From: a candidate division WWE3 bacterium | GTDB taxonomy: Bacteria; Patescibacteriota; WWE3; JAPLWK01 | Direction of reading: 5' to 3' | Assembly (NCBI GenBank): GCA_026396615.1 | Contig: JAPLWK010000011.1 | Span: 962 to 64,961, forward strand | Length of the DNA stretch: 64,000 bases | Shown: piece after piece, positions 56,443-64,000 of the stretch | How the letters are laid out: each line of letters begins with the position of its first letter | How positions within the stretch are numbered: the stretch's first letter is position 1 | Translations under genes and position numbers: made by a program | The notes under the pieces: model-generated | Databases searched by the model: none | Told to the model about the DNA's origin: nothing | The model's input: only the letters and a program-made list of their open reading frames with translations

Positions 56443-56786
56443 TCAACTTCTGGTGACATCGGTAGCCCAACGATCGTAACTTTTCCTAACCTCCCTAATT
56501 TTTTTAAATATTTGAGCTGCAACCCTAAATCAAAATCATGGGCCGAATTCCGCGGTGACAGACTCAAATGATTAAGTTCCATGTCAGACAAGACTTTGGA
56601 AAAGTCTAGTCCAGCGATGACGTCCAAGATAACAACATCCTCAGAATTTTCAAAAGGCAAATCCGCATTCGGTTTTACAAATTCAAACTTAATTTGACCA
56701 CCAAAATCAACCACCAACTTTTTAGCAACCTCCATCGCCAATTTATCTTCGTTAACATCTTCATTTCCAAAAACGTAAACATTCAT
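56382..56786 (-). CDS. Hydrogenase maturation protease-like protein (HycI/HybD fold)
   Basis: VFGN...ED, VILD, SAHDFDL motifs; located in the hydrogenase locus. Confidence 0.65.
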   Translation of the reverse strand: MNVYVFGNEDVNEDKLAMEVAKKLVVDFGGQIKFEFVKPNADLPFENSEDVVILDVIAGLDFSKVLSDMELNHLSLSPRNSAHDFDLGLQLKYLKKLGRLGKVTIVGLPMSPEVDYSSVHSIFKKLVAQDMHGS

Positions 56787-56805
56787 ATAGTGAATAGATT
56801 CGATC

Positions 56806-56830
56806 GTAGGGGCTTAGCCTGCTAAGCCCG
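56806..56830. repeat. GTAG-type REP palindrome
   Basis: gtaggggcttagcctgctaagcccg. Confidence 0.75.
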
Positions 56831-56869
56831 CAACGATTAGTATATAATAAAGACATTAAAGGAGAACAA

Positions 56870-57562
56870 ATGGACAATAAAGCCTTAGGATTATTAGTAA
56901 GATTCGCACTGTCGGCCAAGTGCTCATCGGAGATTAATACGCAGCTGCTTCTAGACTGTATAAAAACCGGTAATTACACAGGAGTAGAAACCGAACTTAA
57001 AAAATTTAAGTTTCTTTACTCCTATTTACGCTTAATCTCTGAAGTGTTTGTTACTTCGCCATTTACTTACGAAGTGGCACGTGCCTACTGCTTTGGAGAC
57101 AGCAGACTAACAAAATTCGAACATTTCCACTTTTTAAGGCTACTGCAGATATATAAGGAGCAAGGAGTAAAACCACAACTCATCGATAGGCTTCGAACAA
57201 ATTTACTAAATAAATTTGTACCCCACCACGACCAAAAGGTGCTACATGCCGACGTTATTTTGGTTGGATTAACTGGAACCGAGGCGACAGATGCAGCCAA
57301 TAAATGTCTGGTCCGTGAAGGAACGGTTACGGATATTTTGAATGGATTTGTTACGTTAACTTTGCGCTCGGTAAACCACGTCGGAGGTACATTCAAACCG
57401 AAGACTTTGACTGAAGAGTTGCTGGTAGCTCGTTGTTTCGTAAGCGGAATTAAGGTTGGTGACACTGTGGCAGTTCATGGCGGATACATTATCGCTATTT
57501 TAACAAAAGAGGAGAAGAAAAAGATTGAAGACGCCTTAAAGTTGGTACTTAAGTCGTTTTAA
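56870..57562 (+). CDS. DUF6390-like hydrogenase-locus protein with HypC-like C-terminal OB fold
   Basis: F-LYSYLRLI, PF-YEVARAY, PHH, C-terminal IKVGDTVAVHGGY; SD AAGGAG. Confidence 0.6.
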   Translation: MDNKALGLLVRFALSAKCSSEINTQLLLDCIKTGNYTGVETELKKFKFLYSYLRLISEVFVTSPFTYEVARAYCFGDSRLTKFEHFHFLRLLQIYKEQGVKPQLIDRLRTNLLNKFVPHHDQKVLHADVILVGLTGTEATDAANKCLVREGTVTDILNGFVTLTLRSVNHVGGTFKPKTLTEELLVARCFVSGIKVGDTVAVHGGYIIAILTKEEKKKIEDALKLVLKSF

Positions 57563-57804
57563 TTTAAAGGCCAAACGATTTTACCAGTTTCGTCGGTAAT
57601 GATAATGGCCTTGGTGGGACAGGACTGAGCTGCGAGTAGCAAGTTTTCAGGACTGTCCCCACTTTTTTCCGAAATGACCGCTTTATTCTCACCATCAAGC
57701 GTAAAGGTGTCGGGAGAAACCGCCAGACAAGAAGCCGCCCCAATGCACAAACTTCGAATGACTTGCAACTTATATTTTCCCACTTGCACCACTCTATCTT
57801 CCAT
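57559..57804 (-). CDS. Monocluster ferredoxin (probably [3Fe-4S])
   Basis: CIGAASC...CPTKAI, with the second Cys replaced by Ala. Confidence 0.88.
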   Translation of the reverse strand: MEDRVVQVGKYKLQVIRSLCIGAASCLAVSPDTFTLDGENKAVISEKSGDSPENLLLAAQSCPTKAIIITDETGKIVWPLN

Positions 57805-57821
57805 AAGATTACGATACCAAA

Positions 57822-58679
57822 TTAATAATACTTTGAAAACAGTTTACTTAAATCTGGTTTCGTCGGTTGACGCGATACTAATGTCTGAGACGAAATTTGA
57901 GGCACTTGCGATTCCGCGGTGGCTTTTACTTCTTTGTAAATTAGGCCAAGTGGTATCTGCTTTTCGCCCCATTCTAAAGCTTTATTAAAAGCCGTGATTT
58001 TATTAGTGTGATCATAATCTGCCGGTAATTGGTAAGTATTTTGCTGATAAAACTGATGAGTACAAACATTATTAAATGTTACGCAGGGTTGCAAAATATC
58101 GATTACTGCCAGTCCTCTATGTTCGTTGGCTTGAATAATTAAATCCGTTAAGCCATGAATATCACCGGAAAAACCACGCGCCACAAACGTTGCCCCGGAG
58201 GCAATCGCTAAAGCTAAAGGTGGAAACGGATAATCGGGATTTCCAGCAGGTGTTGATTTAGATTTAAAGCCGTGTTGTGAGGCCGGTGAAGTTTGCCCAG
58301 TGGTTAAGGCGTAAATGGCGTTATCGTGAAGTAACACAGTCAGATCATGATTCCGACGGCAGGCGTGAATAAAATGGTTGCCACCTTCCCCCAGCATGTC
58401 GCCATCTCCAGTGAACACGAAGACGTTCAAGCGATTATTGACGTATTTAACCCCTTCGGCAACGGGCAAAGCTCGACCATGTAAACCCTCAAAAGAGGTT
58501 ATTTTCGTAAAATTGACGATGTGGCCATGGCAACCAATCCCCGCGACGAGTACCGAATTGGTATTATCCCAACCTTTTGCAACGCAGGCATTTTTAAAAG
58601 CGGCCCAAATGGTTAAGTTCCCACACCCCGGGCACCAATTGGGAAAATATGGCGTGGTTAAATCTTTAAGAGAAGTCAT
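57822..58679 (-). CDS. 2-oxoacid:ferredoxin oxidoreductase beta subunit
   Basis: WCPGCG, GIGC, LHGRALP, GDGD, YALTTGQTSP, QPCVTFN. Confidence 0.95.
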   Translation of the reverse strand: MTSLKDLTTPYFPNWCPGCGNLTIWAAFKNACVAKGWDNTNSVLVAGIGCHGHIVNFTKITSFEGLHGRALPVAEGVKYVNNRLNVFVFTGDGDMLGEGGNHFIHACRRNHDLTVLLHDNAIYALTTGQTSPASQHGFKSKSTPAGNPDYPFPPLALAIASGATFVARGFSGDIHGLTDLIIQANEHRGLAVIDILQPCVTFNNVCTHQFYQQNTYQLPADYDHTNKITAFNKALEWGEKQIPLGLIYKEVKATAESQVPQISSQTLVSRQPTKPDLSKLFSKYY

Positions 58680-60394
58680 AATTTTTTTGATAGCACAGAA
58701 TCAATCTTAGCGGTAATTTCTTCAGGATAAATTGGCCGGCCGTCATATTTTAAAAACTGATCCGAAATTTCAATACCGGTTTTTTCGCGAATTAAAGCAG
58801 CGAGTTGAGCAGTATAATTACATTCGACATCAATAATATGTTTCGATCTCGACAAAATATCGCAAACCGCTTCGACTGGGAAAGGACTTAGCCAAGTTAA
58901 ATGTAAAAAGTTAACATTATCAAAATTTTTAAGAGTCTCTATTATCGCCCCTTTGTTGCTTCCCCAAGAAACCAATGTGACATCAGCGTCTTTCGGACCT
59001 AGCAATTCCGGATCCGGCATGTCCTCTTTAGCACAAGTAATTTCTTTCTGCTGACGTTTTTTAGTCTGCGCAACATGATTTAAAGCTTCTTCGCTAGAAA
59101 ATCCAATTTCGTTATGCTCATCAGAATTTGTGACAAAGAAATTACCGCTCCCCGGAAGGGCTCTTGGTGAAATTCCAGAATCTGTGACAGCGTAACGCTG
59201 ATAATTAGTATCAACAGGGACTGTAGATAGCGAGTTGAGCCCGGCGAAATCCTCCATAGCCGCCGCGGCGACGGAGTGATCATTCTCACATAAAGTCTTA
59301 TCAACCAGCAGAATCACCGGTGTTTGGTATTTACTGGCTAAATCCAGCGCTTGTTTAGTGAGATTAAAAGCTTCAGTGACATCACCAGCAGCTAGAACAA
59401 TTCTTGGAAACTCGCCTTGATGAGCATGTAGCACAAATTGCAAATCGCCTTGACTAGTCCACGTAGGAAGACAGGTCGCGGGACCCGGACGCATTCCTTC
59501 GATGATGACGAGTGGCGTCTCCGCCATCGCCGCGAGGCCCAGTCCTTCAGTCATTAAACAAAAACCCCCACCGGAAGTTGCAGTGAGCGCCCGCGCCCCG
59601 GCATAAGAAGCTCCAATCGCCATATTAATAGCCGCAATTTCGTCTTCCGGCTGCTTGTAAATAAAACCATACTCATTCTGTAGTGATGCAAGAACAGACA
59701 GAAGTCCAGTGATCGGAGTCATCGGGTAAATCGCCGCGAATTGCAGACCCCCGGCAATTGCCCCTAAAGCCAAGGCCTCATTGCCATTAACGACCATTCT
59801 TTGTGGAGCATCTTTGACGGAAGTTAAGACCGTTCCTAAATTCTTAGAAAAATTCTTAGTCGCATAATCGTAGCCCAATTGCGCCGCTTTCAAGTCACCC
59901 GCCACCTCCCCACCCGAAAAGTTTTTAAAAATAACTTCTTTCAGAATCGTTAAGTCGCCACCAAGCAAGGCCGCCGTCACTCCCAAAGCCACCATATTGG
60001 CAATCAGCTCGTTACTACCTATCTCGCGAGCCAACCTCGAAAGTGGTGCTTGGCAAACAACTACCTCTTTAGCTATTTTTGTGAGATCCAACTTTCGATC
60101 GATATCGATGACAATTTGTGACCCAGACGCGAGTTCTCCTCCATAACGATTAATCGTTTCCTGATTAAAAGCGATTAAAAAATCAGTAGCTAGGCGCGGC
60201 GCGGTGACCGAATCTTTCGAGATATTGATCTGCATCATATTGTGCCCGCCTTTTATGAGCGACCCGTATTCGGTGTGGGTATAAATATGGTAACCGGAGC
60301 GCGTCGCTAACTTTGCAAAAATTAAACCGGTCGACTTAATGCCCTGCCCTGCTTCACCACCAATTTTAATTGTGTAGATATTTTGACTATACAT
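58676..60394 (-). CDS. 2-oxoacid:ferredoxin oxidoreductase alpha subunit (gamma-alpha fusion)
   Basis: GGEAGQG, GNEALALG, YPMTP, EDEIAA, TATSGGGF, RPGPAT, SWGS. Confidence 0.95.
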   Translation of the reverse strand: MYSQNIYTIKIGGEAGQGIKSTGLIFAKLATRSGYHIYTHTEYGSLIKGGHNMMQINISKDSVTAPRLATDFLIAFNQETINRYGGELASGSQIVIDIDRKLDLTKIAKEVVVCQAPLSRLAREIGSNELIANMVALGVTAALLGGDLTILKEVIFKNFSGGEVAGDLKAAQLGYDYATKNFSKNLGTVLTSVKDAPQRMVVNGNEALALGAIAGGLQFAAIYPMTPITGLLSVLASLQNEYGFIYKQPEDEIAAINMAIGASYAGARALTATSGGGFCLMTEGLGLAAMAETPLVIIEGMRPGPATCLPTWTSQGDLQFVLHAHQGEFPRIVLAAGDVTEAFNLTKQALDLASKYQTPVILLVDKTLCENDHSVAAAAMEDFAGLNSLSTVPVDTNYQRYAVTDSGISPRALPGSGNFFVTNSDEHNEIGFSSEEALNHVAQTKKRQQKEITCAKEDMPDPELLGPKDADVTLVSWGSNKGAIIETLKNFDNVNFLHLTWLSPFPVEAVCDILSRSKHIIDVECNYTAQLAALIREKTGIEISDQFLKYDGRPIYPEEITAKIDSVLSKKL

Positions 60395-60403
60395 AGATGT
60401 TTA

Positions 60404-63214
60404 TCAATACTTCTCCGTGTAAATCCTGGCGGCTTGGCAACCGTGATCGAGCATTACTTGAGAAACCGCCGCAATCATATTTTTATTCCCGCATAAATAA
60501 ACAGCGCAATTTTTAACGTCCTGTAAATCTCGAGCAACGTACTCGGTTACGAAACCGGTGTCACCTTTCCAAGTCACTTCCGGTTTATTAACCACGATTC
60601 GATACTTAAAGTTTTGATATGTACTAACCATTTTCTCAAACCAATCCTTTAAGAAAACTTCCGTTGAACTATTTAGACCTAAGAATAAAGTAACCGATTG
60701 CTCTGGATTTGATTTTAAAACCGCCTCAATCTGGCATTTTAGTGGAGCCAACCCTGATCCCGTCGCCACAAAAAGTAGTTTTGAAGCGCCGTCTTCAGGC
60801 TTTAAAGTGAAGGTTCCCAAAGGACCAAGAAAAGCGAGCTTATCGGAGGCTTTAAGAGCCGCAAAAAACTTAGAGCCTGGTCCGCCAGGTGAAGTATCAA
60901 CGAGTAGATTAAATCTATTTGAAGCTGTTGTGCCCGCAATCGAATAGCAATTAATTCGGTCACTGGCAACCTTGACGCTAACATATTGACCAGGTTGAAA
61001 ACTAAACGGTTCCACGGTTTCCAGCTCAAAATAATGATACTTGTTAGCTTCAACGACGTGGCTAATGACTGTCGCTGTCTTGAACTTTGGCCCGACGATT
61101 TGACGTGGCTGTAAAATCACTTTACCGTCCACCGCCCATACGTCATTCAAAGTTACAATAACCGGATTGATCTCAATGTCGGTAACCTCCGGCATTATTG
61201 CTATTAGTTGACTGAGCCTCACCAGCACGTCATAAAGTTTCTCCAAAGCATGCGCAGGCACTCCTTCACTTTCCTTAAGTAGTGACCAAACTTTAGAACC
61301 TTTAACTAAGTTTTCGGCGTGTGACCGGTCAATTGGCAACAAATGAAGATTTCGATCAGCGACTAGTTCAGCGAGTGACCCACCAGCCCCAAACAGCAGT
61401 ACCGGTCCGAAGGTCGGGTCACGTTTGACGCCAATAATTACCTCCACCCCACTTACCACTTCCTTTTGAATCTGAATTCCCACATTTTCCTTAATATCAT
61501 CGTCGAGACTTGAGATCTTACGTGTGAGTTCTGACCAAGCACTTTCCAACTGTCCTTCGTTATTAATGTTGACGATAACACCACCAATTTTTCGTTTATG
61601 CAGAAGGCCCGGCGACGACAATTTTAAGACGACCGGGTAACCAATCTTGGTGGCTAGTTGGCTGGCGTCAGAAAGTGACGTCACTGTGGATGTTGGCGGT
61701 GTTGGAATTCCAGCCAGTGACAACACGTTATTGGCTGCCAAATTATCAAGAGCCGGTTGCTCGGCTTTTACTGCAGACTCGATAATCTTCTCAACTTGAG
61801 TTGATATTTCATCTGAAAGTTCGGTAACCTCGGAAGTCGGAAGCCTAGAACCTACGGTTAATTGCCGCTTTCTAAACTCCCACATGGCTCCGATGGCAGC
61901 AATGGCTCGCTCTGGAAAACGAAAGGACGGGATCTGGTATTCGTTTAATTTTTGCTCCCCCTCGGCCACCAATGTGCCCCCAATAAACGAGCAAAAAATC
62001 GGTTTCTGATATTTTTTGGGTAACTTCCCTAAAGCTTCCGCTGTTTGCGCAATTTGCGTCATAATTTGGGGAGTTAATATGACAACTAACGAGTCAATAT
62101 TATTTGTTTGTAGAATAATCTCGGAGGCTGCTGCAAAGCGATCTGCCAACGCATCCCCTAAAAGATCAATTGGATTTTGAATACTCGCCGACCTTGGCAA
62201 AACGTCCAAAAGCTTTTGACGAGTAGCCTCATCAAAATGGACAAGCTCCATTCCCGCTTCTGAGGCAGCGTCGGCGCAAATCACCGCTGGTCCCCCAGCA
62301 TTAGAAATAATTGCAACTTTTGGTCCCTCTGGGAATTTAGACCAGGAAAAGGCCCGGGATAAGTCAAAAAAGTCTTCCATTGTTTGAGCCCGAATAACGC
62401 CAGCCTCTTTTAAGGCCACCTCTAAAATAGAATCGCTACCGGCAATAGAGCCCGTATGTGATTTCATTGCCGTTGCCGCCGCTTGAGTCTTCCCAGGCTT
62501 AATAATGAAAACTGGTATAGTTTTTGTAATTTCTGACGTCACCTTTAGAAATTCTGGACCGTTAGCAATCGACTCTAAATACATTCCTATCGGAGCCCTC
62601 GACTCACTCTTCTGAAAATAACGTAAAACATCATTTTCGGTAACCACCGCTTTATTCCCCAAAGTTATAAAATCACTAAAACCAAGTTGTTGCGATTTAC
62701 ACCAATCAAAAAGACTCGCAGCAATCGCTCCCGATTGCGAAATGAACCGCAGATTTCCAGTTTGTGAATAAGTTTCGCCGAAAGTGGTGTTAATTGGGCA
62801 ATCATTGTTAACGTAACCAAAACAATTTGGACCCAAAACATTCAATTGATATTTTTGAGCGATTTCTAGAAGCTGTTTCTCTAACTTCGCACCCTCATCA
62901 CCAACCTCTTTAAAGCCCGCCGTGTAAATGACGACATTTTTAATTCCAGCTTCCCCAATCTGAACCATAACCTCAAGTGCCAGTAAAGTGGGGATAGCAA
63001 TAATCGCCAACTCAGGAACTTCAGGTAAAGTTTTAATGTCGGCAAAACACGGCAAATTTCCGATTTTTTGAAGTTTAGGATTAATGGGGTAAATCTGGCC
63101 CTTAAAACCAGAGTCAATAATGTTTTTAAGGACAATCGCCCCCACTTTTTCGGGCGTTTCTGAGGCGCCAATAATAGCGACAGATTTTGGGCAGAATAGG
63201 GCAGTTAAATCCAC
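60404..63214 (-). CDS. ADP-forming acetate/acyl-CoA ligase (alpha+beta) fused to a C-terminal FNR-type FAD/NAD(P)-binding domain
   Basis: VAIIGAS, GPNCFG, SQSG, SHTG (phospho-His), NAGG, ATP-grasp HKRKIGGV/DPTFGP/EINP; then FQPGQY, YSIA, GPLG, ATGSGLAP, YLCG, EKY. Confidence 0.9.
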   Translation of the reverse strand: MDLTALFCPKSVAIIGASETPEKVGAIVLKNIIDSGFKGQIYPINPKLQKIGNLPCFADIKTLPEVPELAIIAIPTLLALEVMVQIGEAGIKNVVIYTAGFKEVGDEGAKLEKQLLEIAQKYQLNVLGPNCFGYVNNDCPINTTFGETYSQTGNLRFISQSGAIAASLFDWCKSQQLGFSDFITLGNKAVVTENDVLRYFQKSESRAPIGMYLESIANGPEFLKVTSEITKTIPVFIIKPGKTQAAATAMKSHTGSIAGSDSILEVALKEAGVIRAQTMEDFFDLSRAFSWSKFPEGPKVAIISNAGGPAVICADAASEAGMELVHFDEATRQKLLDVLPRSASIQNPIDLLGDALADRFAAASEIILQTNNIDSLVVILTPQIMTQIAQTAEALGKLPKKYQKPIFCSFIGGTLVAEGEQKLNEYQIPSFRFPERAIAAIGAMWEFRKRQLTVGSRLPTSEVTELSDEISTQVEKIIESAVKAEQPALDNLAANNVLSLAGIPTPPTSTVTSLSDASQLATKIGYPVVLKLSSPGLLHKRKIGGVIVNINNEGQLESAWSELTRKISSLDDDIKENVGIQIQKEVVSGVEVIIGVKRDPTFGPVLLFGAGGSLAELVADRNLHLLPIDRSHAENLVKGSKVWSLLKESEGVPAHALEKLYDVLVRLSQLIAIMPEVTDIEINPVIVTLNDVWAVDGKVILQPRQIVGPKFKTATVISHVVEANKYHYFELETVEPFSFQPGQYVSVKVASDRINCYSIAGTTASNRFNLLVDTSPGGPGSKFFAALKASDKLAFLGPLGTFTLKPEDGASKLLFVATGSGLAPLKCQIEAVLKSNPEQSVTLFLGLNSSTEVFLKDWFEKMVSTYQNFKYRIVVNKPEVTWKGDTGFVTEYVARDLQDVKNCAVYLCGNKNMIAAVSQVMLDHGCQAARIYTEKY

Positions 63215-63248
63215 AGGCTTAGTTTAGCAACAACCAATGCGACTGTCA

Positions 63249-63986
63249 TTATGTTTTGATCGCCCTTGAGTTCAATAGTTGTAGTATCTGTTGCTTCTCG
63301 GTTTCGCTGTCGCCAAGCATAAAAACTTTTAAATGTTCTTTACACCACTCGTTATATTTATCAAGATCCCTAGATGAGATAACCACGTCATGTAAACTTT
63401 CTGAACCTAAACTTAAGGCCCCTGAACGCACGCCATCTATAACTCCAGCTAAACTAGCTACGTATAAAACTGTAACGTCACGTTTATGTCCGTTGTGATC
63501 CTCAAAGGCGTAACGAAAAGATTCCAAATCACCAACATACCCATTTCTTCCAAAAACACCTTCTATAGTGGCGAAACCGTCAGACCTTTCTAAATTTCCC
63601 CCTCTAAGCCAACAAAGATTTGGGCACTCCTCAAGTAACTCGGATAAAACCATATTCCCCGGACTTCTCTCCGTACTGTAACAATAAGGCATAATTCTTC
63701 CAATCAAATAAGAGTCATTACCGTATTGCGACCAAGAGTCCGGAAAGTAATCCTTGTTATGCGAGTTATGAATAATATTATAAATTTTGTCGCAAACGTA
63801 ATCTCTGCCTCGCTGCCCAACTTCGGGAGAAAGCGGAAAGGCTATACCTTCCGGAAGCTTAGCTAATTCTTCGTAAAAGAAAACGTTTGAGTATTCAGTA
63901 GATAAAGGCTCAAACTGCCGACCTTCTACAGTAGTGGCAACGGATTCGGAATCTGGTTTACTGGGTAGATCAGCTTTTATGTTCAC
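63249..63986 (-). CDS. Hypothetical protein
   Basis: 245-aa ORF, GTG start after TAGAAT, no recognisable motif. Confidence 0.55.
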   Translation of the reverse strand: MNIKADLPSKPDSESVATTVEGRQFEPLSTEYSNVFFYEELAKLPEGIAFPLSPEVGQRGRDYVCDKIYNIIHNSHNKDYFPDSWSQYGNDSYLIGRIMPYCYSTERSPGNMVLSELLEECPNLCWLRGGNLERSDGFATIEGVFGRNGYVGDLESFRYAFEDHNGHKRDVTVLYVASLAGVIDGVRSGALSLGSESLHDVVISSRDLDKYNEWCKEHLKVFMLGDSETEKQQILQLLNSRAIKT

Positions 63987-64000
63987 GACAACTAATTCTA

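Overview
This window looks like a Candidate Phyla Radiation (Patescibacteria, probably Microgenomates/WWE3-like) chromosome. That placement is inferred from gene content, the short AspRS lacking the GAD insertion, the reduced RNase P RNA and the repeat families. The standard genetic code is used, with TGA as a stop. Most of the window is housekeeping: aspS, argS, metG, gltX, hisS, recJ, secDF, secY, adk, map, infA-rpmJ-rpsM-rpsK-rpsD-rpoA-rplQ-rplM-rpsI, miaA, miaB, HU, ymdB, rny, recX, folD, udg, comM, rnpB, tRNA-Cys and tRNA-Pro. Small accessory islets are interspersed, including an IS30 element, a RelE/XRE toxin-antitoxin pair, a Bro-N gene and pseudogenes. The most notable items are: (1) a compact fermentation locus at 54.3-63.2 kb, in which an ADP-forming acyl-CoA synthetase is fused to a ferredoxin-NAD(P) reductase-type flavodomain, next to a 2-oxoacid:ferredoxin oxidoreductase, a ferredoxin and a reduced, motif-variant group-3b-like [NiFe]-hydrogenase; (2) a DUF3800 gene with a convergent, pseudoknotted, terminator-ended small RNA; (3) REP-like palindromes inserted in-frame in housekeeping genes and nested inside one another; (4) pervasive leaderless gene starts (-10 box, 6 nt, start codon); (5) a Bro-N cassette flanked by a synonymous-variant duplicate of the vanW 3' end; and (6) a ~940-aa orphan beside tRNA-Cys with CCA/poly(A)-polymerase-like motifs and a degenerate gluzincin motif. 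All calls come from reading motifs by eye; no database searches were run.
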